From Patescibacteria group bacterium (GTDB lineage Bacteria; Patescibacteriota; WWE3; UBA101185; UBA10185), in contig JAFGOI010000004.1 in assembly GCA_016926555.1 (NCBI GenBank), positions 64,776-128,775 on the forward strand: DNA of 64,000 bases. The letters are read 5' to 3'. This document shows positions 7,469 to 19,439 of this stretch, one piece after another (the stretch's first letter is position 1; every line of letters begins with the position of its first letter). The translations under genes were made by a program, and so were the position numbers. The notes under the pieces were generated by a model, which had not been told where the DNA came from, ran no database searches, and saw only the letters and a list, made by a program, of their open reading frames with translations.

Positions 7469-10030
7469 ATGTTTGGAAAATTATTTGATTCGAATGAAAA
7501 ACAGCTAAATAAACTACGTCCCACTGTTAATAGAATTAATCAGCATTGGGAGGATTTTAGAGAGATATCTGACGAGGAGATAAAGGCTAAAACTAATAAT
7601 TGGAAAGAGGAAATCCATAAAATCGACTCTGTCGAGAAACAAAACGCGTATCTAGATAAGATGCTTCCCGAAGCTTTTGCTTTAGCAAAAGAAGCCACTT
7701 TCAGGGCTGATGAAAATAAGATTCTCCACGATGTACAGTTAATGGCGGCGATAGTGTTACACGAGGGCAAGATAGCAGAGCAACAAACAGGAGAAGGAAA
7801 AACGAACACAGCTGTTTTGCCGATGTTTTTAAACTCTTTGACCGGAAGAGGTGCCCATCTAGTTACTCCAAACGATTATCTGTCACGGCATGGTGCGGGT
7901 TGGATGGGTCCGATTTACGAACTGTTGGGGATATCCGTAGGTGTAGTTATGCAGGAAAGAGCGTTTGTATATGATCCACAACATGAAGGGCATGAGTTTG
8001 ATGATGCGTATGCTGTTCATCTGCGGGAGGTTGAGCGGCCAGAAGCTTATTTATGTGGGGTTACTTATGGAACAAATCACGAATTTGGGTTTGATTACCT
8101 GAGAGATAACCTTATAAGGCGGTCCTTGGAGTTTAGCCAGAGAAACTCAAATAAAGTTATGGGAGCCCATAACTATGCAGTAGTTGATGAAGTGGATTCA
8201 ATATTAATTGATGTTGCCAGGACGCCCTTGATTATTTCGACCCAGGATGAAAAGCCTTCTGAAAGATACCATGACGCAGACAGAATAGTAAAATCCTTAG
8301 TTAAGGACACAGATTATGAAGTAGAAGAGAAGTATAAAAACGCCACACTTACCGATTTGGGTATTAGAAGAGTGGAGAGGATGCTCGGAGTTTCCCATTT
8401 ATACGAACAGGATTTTGAAATGGTTCATTTGATTGAGCAGGCTTTAGCCGCGAATACCCTGTATGAAAAAGATACTGATTATGTCGTGAAAAATGGGCAA
8501 GTTGTTATTGTTGATCAATTTACAGGGAGATTACTGCCAAATAACAGATACTCACATGGGTTGCATCAGGCGATAGAAGCCAAAGAAAAAGTACAAATCC
8601 AGCAGGAATCCAAAACAATTGCAGAGATTTCCTATCAAAATTACTTCAGGTTGTATGACAAGTTAGCAGGTATGACTGGAACGGCGGCGACTGAAGCTGA
8701 GGAGTTTTATAAAATATATAGTTTGGAAGTAGTTGTGCTTCCTCCACATAAAAAGGTGACCCGTATTGATTATAATGATGTTGTATATAAATCTGTTGCA
8801 GCAAAGTTTAAAGCTGTAGCGGATGAAATTGAGGAAAGACACAAAGGAGAGCAGCCTGTTCTGGTTGGTACGACTTCGGTTGAGAAAAGCGAATTACTTC
8901 ACAATTATCTACAGAGAAAAAAGATTCCCCATGAAATACTAAATGCAAAAAACCATGAAAGAGAGGCTATTATCATCTCCCAAGCTGGTAAGAAAGGCTC
9001 TGTAACTATTTCTACTAATATGGCTGGTCGAGGGGTTGACATAAAGCTTGGTGGGGATCCCTGCACGAATGAAGAGTATGAGGAAGTTAAATCTTCTGGC
9101 GGTTTACATATTATTGGTACAGAGCGCCACGAGTCTAGAAGAATTGATAATCAGTTAAGAGGAAGATCCGGAAGGCAGGGGGATCCGGGTTCATCCAGAT
9201 TTTTCGTTTCCCTTCAGGATGATTTGATGAGGATTTTTGGCGGCGCAAAGATTGAAAGTATTATGGAGAAATTTGGAGTAGATGAGAACATACCTCTCGA
9301 GGCGGGAATTGTTAGCAAATCGATTGAAAATGCACAAAAAAGGGTCGAAGGGTTCAACTTTGACAGGAGAAAACAGGTTGTAGAGATGGACGATATAATG
9401 AATGTTCATAGAGAAGTAGTGTACAAATTGAGAAGACGTGTATTAGACCTTGGTGAAGGTGTGGAAGAATATAGAGACTGGTTTTTAGATAACCTTTTGT
9501 CTAACGCTGATTTTGATGAAGCCATTTGGGAAAAATATGAGGAGGATTTAGGAACTAAAATGTGGTATTCAATTGTTAAGGATCTGTCCCTGCCTGTTAT
9601 AGATTTACTGTGGATGGAGCATTTAGTAGATATGTCGCAGGTGAGGGATGGTATTGGCCTTAGTGGATACGCGCAGAGAGATCCAATGGTTGAGTATAAA
9701 AGAGAAGCTCATGAAAGGTTTAATGTTCTTGTAAAAAAGATGTATTCCTCAATTTCGGACAGGATTTCAAGAGCGTCAAACGAACCAGTGAGCGGGGACA
9801 ACTCCGTATTGGATATGTTGTCTCAAGCTGATTTCCGTCACGGGAGTATAGAAACTGGAGTTTCCACGGAGGCAGCGGAATTACAAAAGGAGCAAGTAAA
9901 AGCTGTATACGAGGGTCGAGAAATTAAAGTTGAAAAGGTTGAGTCCGGTACGGAAAAAGTTGGCAGGAATGACCCATGTCCTTGTGGTAGTGGAAAGAAG
10001 TATAAGAAGTGTCACGGTAAGACCGTATGA
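7469..10030 (+). CDS. secA: Preprotein translocase ATPase SecA
   Basis: '[24 protein letters not shown]', DEAD-motor motifs '[16 protein letters not shown]' and '[14 protein letters not shown]', and C-terminal zinc finger '[16 protein letters not shown]'. Confidence 0.95.
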   Translation: MFGKLFDSNEKQLNKLRPTVNRINQHWEDFREISDEEIKAKTNNWKEEIHKIDSVEKQNAYLDKMLPEAFALAKEATFRADENKILHDVQLMAAIVLHEGKIAEQQTGEGKTNTAVLPMFLNSLTGRGAHLVTPNDYLSRHGAGWMGPIYELLGISVGVVMQERAFVYDPQHEGHEFDDAYAVHLREVERPEAYLCGVTYGTNHEFGFDYLRDNLIRRSLEFSQRNSNKVMGAHNYAVVDEVDSILIDVARTPLIISTQDEKPSERYHDADRIVKSLVKDTDYEVEEKYKNATLTDLGIRRVERMLGVSHLYEQDFEMVHLIEQALAANTLYEKDTDYVVKNGQVVIVDQFTGRLLPNNRYSHGLHQAIEAKEKVQIQQESKTIAEISYQNYFRLYDKLAGMTGTAATEAEEFYKIYSLEVVVLPPHKKVTRIDYNDVVYKSVAAKFKAVADEIEERHKGEQPVLVGTTSVEKSELLHNYLQRKKIPHEILNAKNHEREAIIISQAGKKGSVTISTNMAGRGVDIKLGGDPCTNEEYEEVKSSGGLHIIGTERHESRRIDNQLRGRSGRQGDPGSSRFFVSLQDDLMRIFGGAKIESIMEKFGVDENIPLEAGIVSKSIENAQKRVEGFNFDRRKQVVEMDDIMNVHREVVYKLRRRVLDLGEGVEEYRDWFLDNLLSNADFDEAIWEKYEEDLGTKMWYSIVKDLSLPVIDLLWMEHLVDMSQVRDGIGLSGYAQRDPMVEYKREAHERFNVLVKKMYSSISDRISRASNEPVSGDNSVLDMLSQADFRHGSIETGVSTEAAELQKEQVKAVYEGREIKVEKVESGTEKVGRNDPCPCGSGKKYKKCHGKTV

Positions 10031-10047
10031 GGTTGAATTTGAAATAG

Positions 10048-11727
10048 TTAAGGTTTGGTTTGTGCAGGTACAGGTTGAGGTTGTGGGATACTCACTCCCG
10101 AGTTCTGTTCCATTTCCTGCTGAATTTGCGAGGCAGTGGCTTTAATTTGTGCATCATCCGGGACAATTTCCAAGGCTTTGTTCATGTATTGAAGTGCTAG
10201 TTCGTAGTCTCCCTCGTGCCGCGCAATCAAGCCTAGTTTGTATAAAGCCTGGAATATTGTCGGATTTTTTTGGTATGAAAGCATCAAATACTTCTTCGCG
10301 TTTTCGAGATCTCCTGCCTGCATATAGGTGAAACCCAAATTGTGAATAGCTTCCGCATAATTTGGGCTGATTTCTACAGATCTTTTGAAATTCTCGATGG
10401 CCAACGCCCAGTTTCCCTCCTTTGAGTACACGTCCCCCAGATTGTTATAAACCCTCCTGCTAAACGGAGAGGTTTTTTTGGTAGCTAACCATAAGTTTTT
10501 ATTTGTTTTGAAGTCATTTGTTCTTACAGCAGTTCTTATTCCGTAAAATATAATCAGAATCACTATCGCAGTTACAGCCAGGTCTTTTGATTTTTGTTCC
10601 TTTTCAATTTTCATCAAGATTCTACTTATAAGAATTCCAAACAGAAGAGCGGGTAAGTATAGGTACCTATCGGCTATAAACCAGGCGACAACGACCGGGC
10701 TAAAGGTTGGTCCGATTGCTAGGAAGATAAGTATAATCAGCACTGAAGTTTTCCGGTCTTTATTCCAGAAATAAATAACACTTCCCACAACTAAAATAGA
10801 AACTAGTATCATGAAAGTATATATTGCCTGTGTAATTATTTTCCCCTCATGGTAAATCGTTAATTCCATTGGCCAAACTAGCTGTCGCGCGGCCATGTAA
10901 ATTGTATACGGGATTCTATTAATAAGGGGAGTTGTCGATACGGGATCATATTTATATTTGGCTTCAAGACTCTCCACTCTTTGCGTGTATCTGCCGATAA
11001 ATTCGGAAGCTCCGTATAGTCCTGAAGATATAATGAAGAGCATGTAGGTTTTTATTTTTGAGAAATCTATTTTCTTGTTGAGGTAAAGCTGGTCTATTCC
11101 CACTAAAAGTGCGAATATAACAAGAATCCAAGGAATTCGCCAGAAAATCAGTGTAAAGATATATATCAGAGTGGAAGCGGCAAGATAATTTTTATTTCCA
11201 GAGTTGCGGTAGAGAAAGTAGAAAATCATGATTACTGCTCCAAAAAGGAAGAGGAATAAGTATGCTCTTCCTGAAATCCAAGATATCGCTTCTGAACCGG
11301 CTGGGTGAACACAAAATACTAATGTAGCCAAGATAGAAAGTTTTTTATCTTCAGTCATCATGTAGGTAAGACACAACGCCAACACGGTATTTATCAGGTG
11401 CATTAAAATTGATGCTACGTGGAATGCCGTGGGGTTTAGTCCAAAAAGCTCATTCATTGTTCCCATATATATTTTCGGGATATGTAGAGTTTTTAGGGAT
11501 TCCACAAACGTATGTGAGTTGACGTGTCTGAAAATTTCAGGGTCGTCTGCGGTGACAAATTCTCCATTTATAATATTTGCGTATACTAATAGAATGATAA
11601 CCAGAAAAACAAGTAGAATTTTCTTATTTTCCTTCAGGAATTCAAAAATATCTTTGACATTTTTTAATTTTGGGGCGATTTTTTCTGGCTGTGTCTTGCT
11701 TTGTTTTCCCTTTTTTTTACTTTTCAT
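10048..11727 (-). CDS. Polytopic membrane protein with C-terminal TPR repeats (PMT/GT-C-like O-glycosyltransferase candidate)
   Basis: About 12 predicted TM helices over ~400 aa, then TPR units 'NLGDVYSKEGNWALAIENFKRSVEISPNYAEAIHNLGFTYMQAGDLENAKKY...'; 'DDPEIF' in the first loop region. Confidence 0.55.
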   Translation of the reverse strand: MKSKKKGKQSKTQPEKIAPKLKNVKDIFEFLKENKKILLVFLVIILLVYANIINGEFVTADDPEIFRHVNSHTFVESLKTLHIPKIYMGTMNELFGLNPTAFHVASILMHLINTVLALCLTYMMTEDKKLSILATLVFCVHPAGSEAISWISGRAYLFLFLFGAVIMIFYFLYRNSGNKNYLAASTLIYIFTLIFWRIPWILVIFALLVGIDQLYLNKKIDFSKIKTYMLFIISSGLYGASEFIGRYTQRVESLEAKYKYDPVSTTPLINRIPYTIYMAARQLVWPMELTIYHEGKIITQAIYTFMILVSILVVGSVIYFWNKDRKTSVLIILIFLAIGPTFSPVVVAWFIADRYLYLPALLFGILISRILMKIEKEQKSKDLAVTAIVILIIFYGIRTAVRTNDFKTNKNLWLATKKTSPFSRRVYNNLGDVYSKEGNWALAIENFKRSVEISPNYAEAIHNLGFTYMQAGDLENAKKYLMLSYQKNPTIFQALYKLGLIARHEGDYELALQYMNKALEIVPDDAQIKATASQIQQEMEQNSGVSIPQPQPVPAQTKP

Positions 11728-11755
11728 GAGATCCTATTATACTATTTAGGATATC

Positions 11756-12301
11756 ATGAGAATAAAATCAATACTCTTTGAGATATTTGAAACGTTTTTT
11801 GTTTCTTTAGTAGTTTTACTAATAATAAATACCTTTATAGGTGCTATAGAGCAAGTTTGGGGCGCGAGCATGGAACCTGCATTTTATACAGGGGAAAGAA
11901 TATTAGTAGAAAAGATTAGCAAAGGGCTTCTGAAATTTAATCGGGGAGAAGTGGTGATCATTAATGCTCCTAGCACCAACGGTAAGCACTATATCAAGCG
12001 GATCGTTGGTCTTCCGGGAGATATTGTAAAGATATATGACTGCAGTGTTTATATATTAAGAGACGGCAATAAATACAAACTGGATGAACCTTATATTCCC
12101 TCTGAGGAGTGTACAAGGGGTGGTAATGAGATAAGAAATGGCCGTTCTATTAGAATACAGACTGATCAATATATGGTTCTAGGGGATAATAGAGATAATT
12201 CCGTTGACTCAAGAGTATTTGGGTTTTTAACAAAAGATGATATTGTAGGTAGAGTAGTATTTAGATTTTGGCCACTTTCTAGGCTGAGTTTTATTTCATG
12301 A
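11756..12301 (+). CDS. lepB: Signal peptidase I
   Basis: S26 boxes 'GASMEPAF' (Ser), 'IKRIVGLPGD' (Lys) and 'VLGDNRDNSVDSRVFGF'. Confidence 0.9.
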   Translation: MRIKSILFEIFETFFVSLVVLLIINTFIGAIEQVWGASMEPAFYTGERILVEKISKGLLKFNRGEVVIINAPSTNGKHYIKRIVGLPGDIVKIYDCSVYILRDGNKYKLDEPYIPSEECTRGGNEIRNGRSIRIQTDQYMVLGDNRDNSVDSRVFGFLTKDDIVGRVVFRFWPLSRLSFIS

Positions 12302-12452
12302 AAAGAGGAAGTAGTTGTTGACACATAAATGATGATATGATAAGTTTCTTTTCGCTTTGGGGTAATTATCCTAAAATAGATAGTAAAATTGAATATTTTT
12401 ATAGTAAAATTTATAACATTCTAGTTATAGGATTTTTTGTCGTTAAAATATA

Positions 12453-15400
12453 ATGAGACATAGCTTTTCAAAAAGAGAAATAGCGTTGCCCTTGCCAAAT
12501 CTAATATCTGTTCAGTTAAATTCCTATAATTGGTTGGTAGATGAGGGTGTGAACGAGATTTTGGACGAACTTGGTGTCATTGAGGATAACACAGGTCGTG
12601 GCTGGGTTCTCACTCTTTCAGATCCTACTTTTGAGAAGGAAAATATATCAGTTGAAGATGCAAAAAGAACTGGGAGAACATACGACGCTCCTTGGTATCT
12701 CAAAGCAACTATAGAAAACCCATTGGCTAAAGAAAAAAAGATCCAAAGCGTTTACATGGGCGATATACCCCTTATGACAGAAAGGGGGACTTTTGTTATT
12801 AATGGTGTGGAGAGGATTGTTGTAAATCAGTTAATAAGATCAGAGGGAGTGTTGTTTAGCCGCGATGTTTCATCTGTTACTGGCCAGTATATGGCGGGTG
12901 CAAAAATTGTGCCTCGAAGCGGTGTTTGGCTCGAGTTTGAAACATCTCGCACAGGAGTACTCAGTATAAGAATTGACCGAAAGAGGAAAATAGTTGCGTC
13001 GGCGCTTTTTCGTGTATTCGGCCTGGAAACTGATGAAGATATCAGAAATGCGTTTGTATCCGTTGAATCAAATCCTGAAATCAATTATATAGATGCTACT
13101 TTAGCCAAGGATCCCACAAGCAGTTTTGAAGAGGCCTGTATAGAGATTTATAGAAAGATGCGTCCCGGGGAGCCACTCGTTCTTGAGAATGCGAAAGCTT
13201 TGATTGATGCGATGTTTTTTAACCCCCGACGTTACAGTTTGGGGCCGGTTGGAAGGTTCAAACTCAATCAAACATTAGGTCTTAACTTTCCAAACGAGCC
13301 TAAGCACAGACTCCTCCAGCTTGAAGATATAATTAAGATTGTTTCCAACATAATTGAGTTAAACAATGGTATTGGTGAGCCTAGCGATGTTGACTTTCTA
13401 GGAAACAGAAGAGTAAAGAGTATCGGAGAGTTGTTGTTTTGGCAAATGAGAATTGGTTTTTTGAGGATGGAAAAGAATATAAAAGAGAGAATGAGTATGT
13501 CAGATCGAGATAAACTTCCCGAGCCTTCCACTTTAATATCTCCAAGGGCAGTCGCCGCAGCAGTTCATAGCTTTTTTGCGACGGGGCAGTTATCCCAGCT
13601 TCATGACCAGCAGAACCCGTTAACTGGGTTAGACCATTTAAGAAGATTGTCTGTATTGGGGCCGGGTGGATTAACTAAGGAAAGAGCAAGTTTCTCAGTA
13701 AGGGATGTCCACTATTCATCTTTTGGAAGAGTATGTCCTGTTAGAACTCCGGAAGGGCCAAATATCGGGCTGATAAATTATTTAGCTATGTATGCAAATG
13801 TAAACGGCTTCGGATTTTTGGAGACACCCTATATCAAGCTAGAAAAAATGGAGGATGGGAAAGTGCGATTAACAAATAAAATTGAGTATCTGGCTGCGTA
13901 TGATGAGGCTAAATGTTACATTACAGATCAATCAATTAACATTGATGAAAATGGCTATATATTAAATAAACAGGTTCCCCTGCGAAAATCGGGGGACTTT
14001 TTTTTGGGCAGTGTCTCTTTGGCTGAATACATTGAAGTTGTACCGAGGCAAGTAATAGGTTTAACTGCGGGTTTAATTCCTTTCTTGCAGAATAATGATG
14101 TCTCCAGAGCTTTGATGGGAACTCAGCAAATGTCCCAAGCTGTTCCTTTGGTAACTCCCGAAAAGCCGATTGTCGCTACTGGTATAGAAAAAGATGTGGC
14201 TGAGAATACTAACGCGTTGATACTTTCAGAAGGAAGCGGAGTCGTTGATTATGCGGACGGGAGAAGGGTAGAAGTAACTTATGGTACAGGGAAAAAGAAA
14301 GAGAAAGCAGTATATGAAGCAGTGAAGTTTACGCAGACGAATATGGAAACCTGTTTTAGCCAGAAAGTGATTGTTTCTACGGGAGATAAAATTAAAAAGG
14401 GAGATGTTCTAATAGAAGGGCCCGCAGTAAACGGAGGTGAATTATCAATAGGAACAAACGTAACAGTGGCATACATGATTTATGAGGGTTTGGAATTTGA
14501 GGATGGTATTGTTGTATCTGACAGATTAGTAAAAGATGATGTTCTGACTTCGATCCATATAGCTGATTACAAGGTAAAAGTGCAGGAGACAAAGTTAGGA
14601 GATGAAGAGATTACGGCGGATATACCGAATGTTTCAGAGGAAGCATTAAGAAACCTCGATGAGAATGGGATTGTAGCTGTCGGATCAAAGGTGAAATCAG
14701 ATGATATTCTCGTCGGAAAAGTAGCACCCAGAGGGGAAGTTGATTTAACTGCTGAGGAACGACTGTTGAGAGCTATTTTTGGTGAAAAAGCGAAAGATGT
14801 AAGAGACACTTCTTTATATATGCCCCATGGGAAACATGGTGTTGTGATAGGAGTAAAAAAAGTTACTAAGGAAGATAACGAATCCCTTCCGGCGGGAACA
14901 TTAGAAGAAATTACAGTGTACGTGGCTGAGCAGAAAAAGATTGAAATCGGAGATAAACTTGCAGGGCGTCACGGAAATAAAGGTGTAATATCAGCTGTTG
15001 TACCTGCCATAGATATGCCTATGTTGCCCGACGGTAAATCGGTAGATGTGGTTTTTTCTTCTGAGGCGGTTCTTAAGAGAATGAATGTAGGTCAAATTTG
15101 GGAAGCAGGGTTAGGTATGTCGGGGAAAAAACTTGGTAAATACTATGAAGTACCGTCTTTACAGGAAATACCCGAATCGACAATAATAAATGAATTTGAG
15201 GAAGCAGGTTTGCCTGTAACGGGAAAAATGAGACTGATTGATGGTCGTACCGGGGAATATTTTCACGATGAAATAGTTGTTGGCGAAACCTATATTTTAA
15301 AACTTATTCATATGAGCGAAGAGAAAATGCACGCGAGATCTACGGGTCCATATTCGTTGATTACACAACAGCCCTTAGGCGGTAAAGCTCAGTTTGGGGG

Positions 15401-15770
15401 TCAAAGGTTCGGTGAAATGGAGGTTTGGGCATTAGAGGCTTATGGCGCGGCACATACACTTCACGAGATGCTGACAATAAAATCTGACGATATGATCGGG
15501 AGGACTCGTTCTTATGGAGCGTTAGTTAAGGGGGAACCGATTCCGGAATCCACTACTCCAGAGACTTTCAAACTCTTAGTAAGAAAGCTTAATGGACTTG
15601 GATTGGCTATTGAACCCCAGATGCCCGTTATTGATGAAGAAGCGGATCAGGAAGAGAGAGAAGGGATCTCTGATGATGAGTCTAAAGTGGAGCACACAGA
15701 GGAGACATTATATGAAGAGGGCGAGTTAGATGAAATTGAGACTCAAGTTGAGGAGGAAAGTGAAGAATGA
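12453..15770 (+). CDS. rpoB: DNA-directed RNA polymerase subunit beta (1105 aa, acidic C-terminal tail)
   Basis: 'GPGGLTKERASFSVRDVHYSSFGRVCPVRTPEGPNIGLI', 'AGRHGNKGVIS' and 'GGQRFGEMEVWALEAYGAAH' universal beta motifs; 4-nt ATGA overlap with rpoC. Confidence 0.97.
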   Translation: MRHSFSKREIALPLPNLISVQLNSYNWLVDEGVNEILDELGVIEDNTGRGWVLTLSDPTFEKENISVEDAKRTGRTYDAPWYLKATIENPLAKEKKIQSVYMGDIPLMTERGTFVINGVERIVVNQLIRSEGVLFSRDVSSVTGQYMAGAKIVPRSGVWLEFETSRTGVLSIRIDRKRKIVASALFRVFGLETDEDIRNAFVSVESNPEINYIDATLAKDPTSSFEEACIEIYRKMRPGEPLVLENAKALIDAMFFNPRRYSLGPVGRFKLNQTLGLNFPNEPKHRLLQLEDIIKIVSNIIELNNGIGEPSDVDFLGNRRVKSIGELLFWQMRIGFLRMEKNIKERMSMSDRDKLPEPSTLISPRAVAAAVHSFFATGQLSQLHDQQNPLTGLDHLRRLSVLGPGGLTKERASFSVRDVHYSSFGRVCPVRTPEGPNIGLINYLAMYANVNGFGFLETPYIKLEKMEDGKVRLTNKIEYLAAYDEAKCYITDQSINIDENGYILNKQVPLRKSGDFFLGSVSLAEYIEVVPRQVIGLTAGLIPFLQNNDVSRALMGTQQMSQAVPLVTPEKPIVATGIEKDVAENTNALILSEGSGVVDYADGRRVEVTYGTGKKKEKAVYEAVKFTQTNMETCFSQKVIVSTGDKIKKGDVLIEGPAVNGGELSIGTNVTVAYMIYEGLEFEDGIVVSDRLVKDDVLTSIHIADYKVKVQETKLGDEEITADIPNVSEEALRNLDENGIVAVGSKVKSDDILVGKVAPRGEVDLTAEERLLRAIFGEKAKDVRDTSLYMPHGKHGVVIGVKKVTKEDNESLPAGTLEEITVYVAEQKKIEIGDKLAGRHGNKGVISAVVPAIDMPMLPDGKSVDVVFSSEAVLKRMNVGQIWEAGLGMSGKKLGKYYEVPSLQEIPESTIINEFEEAGLPVTGKMRLIDGRTGEYFHDEIVVGETYILKLIHMSEEKMHARSTGPYSLITQQPLGGKAQFGGQRFGEMEVWALEAYGAAHTLHEMLTIKSDDMIGRTRSYGALVKGEPIPESTTPETFKLLVRKLNGLGLAIEPQMPVIDEEADQEEREGISDDESKVEHTEETLYEEGELDEIETQVEEESEE

Positions 15771-18700
15771 AAAATTTACATAAGTTAAAAGATTTTGAAG
15801 CAATAAAAATATATTTGGCTTCCAGTGATGAGTTATTATCTTGGTCATATGGGGAAGTAACTAAACCTGAGACTATAAATTACAGGACTTTTAAACCCGA
15901 AAGGGAGGGTTTGTTTGATGAGAAAATATTTGGCCCGTCAAAAAACTATGAGTGTTACTGTGGTAAGTATAAAGGTATAAGGTATAAGGGTGTGGTTTGC
16001 GACAAATGTGGAGTTGAAGTGACTACGTCTAGAGTAAGAAGAGAGAGGATGGGACATATCAAACTAGCGTGTCCGGTGGCGCATGTTTGGTTCTTTAAGG
16101 GTATACCTTCAAAGATGGCATTGTTGCTCGATCTTACGCCCAGAAATGTTGAGTCTGTAATTTATTTCGCGTCCTTTATAGTAACTAAGATAGAGGGATC
16201 CAAGAAGGCGGAGGCTATAAGTGCTGTAGAGCATGATTTGGAGAAAGCGGCAGGTGTTATTCAGAAGGAGCTTGAACAGGACATCAAGGATATTGAAAGA
16301 GAAATTGAATCTTTGAAGAAAGATAAAGATGAGCTTAAAAGTCAAGAAAAGGAAATCAAACTTAGGCAGAATATTCAACAAATGAAAGTCGCCTGTGAGA
16401 AAAAAGTTGAGGAATCTTCAAAGAAGTATAAATTAATCCAGAAAAAACTCGAGTCAATTGACCTACATACAGTGATTTCTGACAGTGAATACCTGTCTTT
16501 GATGCACTATGTTGACAAATTTGCTACTTTGGAAATTGGCGCAGAAGCACTTCAAAATATATTGGCGAATATGGATTTAAATGAGGTGTCCGAACAAATT
16601 AGGGATGAAATGGAAAGAGCGAAAGGGCAGAAAGCCCAGAAACTCGCCAAGAGACTAAGAGTGGTGGAGCAGTTTAGATGTGCGGAACTTAGTCCCGACA
16701 GAATGATTTTGGAGGTTGTGCCAGTTATTCCGCCCGACCTAAGGCCCATGGTTCAGTTAGATGGCGGAAGATTCGCGAGTTCGGATTTGAATGATTTATA
16801 TAGAAGACTGATAAATAGAAATAATAGACTGGGCAGGCTCTTAGATTTAGGCGCCCCGGAGATTATTGTAAGGAATGAGAAAAGAATGCTACAGGAGTCA
16901 GTTGATGCCTTATTTGACTCATCCAAGCAGAGGAGAAAAACTCGGGTAACTAGAGGTAAAAAGCAGTTAAGGTCTCTCGCAGATATGATTAAGGGTAAAC
17001 AGGGGATATTCCGACTTAATTTATTGGGAAAGCGCGTGGACTATTCCGGCAGAGGAGTTATCATAAATGGTTCGCAGTTGAAGTTAAATGAGTGCGGTCT
17101 GCCAAAAGAAATGGCGCTGGAGTTGTTTAAGCCGATGGTGCTTAGGGAGATTTTACTAAGGGGTTATACTCCTAATGTTAAGAGCGCTAAGTACTTTTTA
17201 GATACAAGAAGTCCAGAGGTGTGGGATATATTGGAGGATATAGTAAAAGACTACCCCGTTTTACTAAATAGAGCACCTACTTTATGGAGGCTTGGTATAC
17301 AAGCATTTTATCCTAAATTAATTGAGGGTAACGCTATTCAATTAGGTTTGTGTGTTGTTTCCGGGTTCAACGCGGATTTTGACGGTGATCAGATGGCTGT
17401 TCATGTGCCGTTATCTGAAGCAGCAAAAGAGGAAGCCAGAAATGTTATGATTTCAACAAAAAACCTGTTAAATCCTTCGAATGGAACGCCCATTTCGATT
17501 CCGGGTAAGACTCTTTTGTTTGGTGTGTACTATATAACTTCTGTTGATGATCGCCTTGGAATGCCGGGAAAAGTTTATGGGAGTAAATCCGAGGTTATAT
17601 ACGCACTAGAAGTGTCTAAGGAAGTAGATTTGAGGCAGACTATTAAATATAGACACAAGGGAACAATAATCGAGACTACTCCGGGTAGGTTGATGTTTAA
17701 TGAGATAGTTCCCGAATCTTTTGGGTATGTAAATAAGCCTATGGATAAGAAGTCCATTAACCTTATGCTGACTAATGCCTTTGAATCGGAACATCCTGAT
17801 GTTGTTGTTAAGTTGATTGATGATATTAAGGAGTTAGGTTTAAAGTGGGGTACGTTGTGTGGTCAGTCGGTATCTCTTGCGGATATAAAAACACCCGATA
17901 ATAGGGATGAGATTATCAAAAAAGGTCGTGATGTAGTGAATGAGATAGAGGGGTATTTTAGAAGAGGGTTAATCACTGAAGATGAGTCACAGCGCCAAAA
18001 AGCGCAGGCATGGAATGATGTGATCTCCGACCTTGACGAAGCTGTGTGGAATAACTTATCTGACCACAATCCGGTGAAGATACTCGTTAAATCAGGGTCC
18101 ACTAGAGCATCTAGGGATCAGGTTAAGCAGATAGCGGGAATGAAGGGTTTAGTTTCGGATCCTACAGGAAAGATAGTTGAAATGCCTATTTTAGGAAATT
18201 ATAAGTACGGTTTATCTGCTTTAGGATACTTCGTGGGTGCTAGAGGGGCAAGAAAAGGATTAGTAGATAAAGGTTTAAAGACAGCGGATGCCGGGTACTT
18301 GACTAGGAGACTGGTTGATGTGGCGCAAGATGTGATTGTTAGAGAAGAAGACTGTGGGAGTGAAGAAGGAAGAGAAATGGTTGTTGGCGAAGGAACGATG
18401 CTGCAGACATTCTCAGAGAGGGTTGCGGGCAGAGTATTGGCGCAGGATGTCAAAGACGGCAGAAAGATAATAAAAAAGAGTGGAACTATGTTGACAGTTA
18501 AGGATGTGGAAGAAATTGAAAAGGCAAATGTTGAAAGCATAGTGATTAGATCTCCCATGCACTGTAAAACCAACAGGGGTTTGTGTGCAAAATGTTATGG
18601 TGTCGACTTGATGACAGGTAGCCCTGTCCGCTTTGGTACGGCTGTTGGTGTTGCTGCCGCCCAATCTATTGGAGAACCCGGGACTCAGTTAACAATGAGA

Positions 18701-19435
18701 ACATTCCATACGGGTGGAATAGTTGGGAAAGATATTACTCAGGGGTTGCCGCGTGTTGAGGAGTTGTTTGAGGCAAGAACTCCCAAATATTTGGCGATCA
18801 TGAGTGAAATTGAAGGTAAAGCAACCATAATTATTTCTGGGGATGAAAGAAGAATTATAATTACTCCTAAAGATAAAGATGAGGATACGGCAGAATATTT
18901 GATAGATCCAGTTTCAGATATTTTAATAGAAGATGGCCAAATGGTGTCTAAGGGGGAGAGGTTAACTGACGGCAATCTTGACTTAAGCGAATTGTTTAGA
19001 ACAGTTGGTGTGAAGGCGACAAAACAATATCTGATTGATGAGGTACAAAGGGTTTATTCCTCACAGGGAGTTTCCCTTAACGATAAACACCTGGAGATCA
19101 TTGTGAAACAAATGTTTAATCATGTAAAAATTGATGAGCCGGGTGATACTGATTTGATGCAGGGGGAACTTGTGACACTGGCAAGTTTTGATGAAGCTAA
19201 TGAGGAAGTCATTGCTAGCGGAGGCGAGCCGGCATCGGGGCATCTCGTGCTATTGGGGATAACCAAAGCTTCATTAAATACAGATAGTTTCTTGTCGGCG
19301 GCGTCGTTTATTCAGACGAGCAATGTGTTGACGGATGCAGCGGCCTCTGGTAAGGTTGACAACTTATTAGGCTTGAAAGAGAACGTAATTATAGGTAGAC
19401 TCATTCCGACAGGAGAAAGGGCAAAATTGGAGTAA
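15767..19435 (+). CDS. rpoC: DNA-directed RNA polymerase subunit beta'
   Basis: Zinc-binding '[23 protein letters not shown]' and catalytic '[14 protein letters not shown]'. Confidence 0.97.
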   Translation: MKNLHKLKDFEAIKIYLASSDELLSWSYGEVTKPETINYRTFKPEREGLFDEKIFGPSKNYECYCGKYKGIRYKGVVCDKCGVEVTTSRVRRERMGHIKLACPVAHVWFFKGIPSKMALLLDLTPRNVESVIYFASFIVTKIEGSKKAEAISAVEHDLEKAAGVIQKELEQDIKDIEREIESLKKDKDELKSQEKEIKLRQNIQQMKVACEKKVEESSKKYKLIQKKLESIDLHTVISDSEYLSLMHYVDKFATLEIGAEALQNILANMDLNEVSEQIRDEMERAKGQKAQKLAKRLRVVEQFRCAELSPDRMILEVVPVIPPDLRPMVQLDGGRFASSDLNDLYRRLINRNNRLGRLLDLGAPEIIVRNEKRMLQESVDALFDSSKQRRKTRVTRGKKQLRSLADMIKGKQGIFRLNLLGKRVDYSGRGVIINGSQLKLNECGLPKEMALELFKPMVLREILLRGYTPNVKSAKYFLDTRSPEVWDILEDIVKDYPVLLNRAPTLWRLGIQAFYPKLIEGNAIQLGLCVVSGFNADFDGDQMAVHVPLSEAAKEEARNVMISTKNLLNPSNGTPISIPGKTLLFGVYYITSVDDRLGMPGKVYGSKSEVIYALEVSKEVDLRQTIKYRHKGTIIETTPGRLMFNEIVPESFGYVNKPMDKKSINLMLTNAFESEHPDVVVKLIDDIKELGLKWGTLCGQSVSLADIKTPDNRDEIIKKGRDVVNEIEGYFRRGLITEDESQRQKAQAWNDVISDLDEAVWNNLSDHNPVKILVKSGSTRASRDQVKQIAGMKGLVSDPTGKIVEMPILGNYKYGLSALGYFVGARGARKGLVDKGLKTADAGYLTRRLVDVAQDVIVREEDCGSEEGREMVVGEGTMLQTFSERVAGRVLAQDVKDGRKIIKKSGTMLTVKDVEEIEKANVESIVIRSPMHCKTNRGLCAKCYGVDLMTGSPVRFGTAVGVAAAQSIGEPGTQLTMRTFHTGGIVGKDITQGLPRVEELFEARTPKYLAIMSEIEGKATIIISGDERRIIITPKDKDEDTAEYLIDPVSDILIEDGQMVSKGERLTDGNLDLSELFRTVGVKATKQYLIDEVQRVYSSQGVSLNDKHLEIIVKQMFNHVKIDEPGDTDLMQGELVTLASFDEANEEVIASGGEPASGHLVLLGITKASLNTDSFLSAASFIQTSNVLTDAAASGKVDNLLGLKENVIIGRLIPTGERAKLE

Positions 19436-19439
19436 GAAT

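Noticed and set aside
12302-12452. Promoter call upstream of rpoB (TTGACA at ~12326 and TGaTATGAT nearby)
   Set aside because: Spacing between the -35-like and -10-like elements is only ~12 nt, so I could not support a confident sigma-70 promoter call. The AT-rich region very likely does contain the rpoB promoter.
16109-19243. Multiple 60-125 aa minus-strand ORFs inside rpoC (e.g. 18199-18573), and similar ones inside rpoB, fusA and tuf (21419-21796, 23001-23252, 22636-22914)
   Set aside because: They are antisense to highly conserved genes, have low-complexity S/T/I/L-rich translations and no start or SD context. They are typical spurious shadow ORFs.
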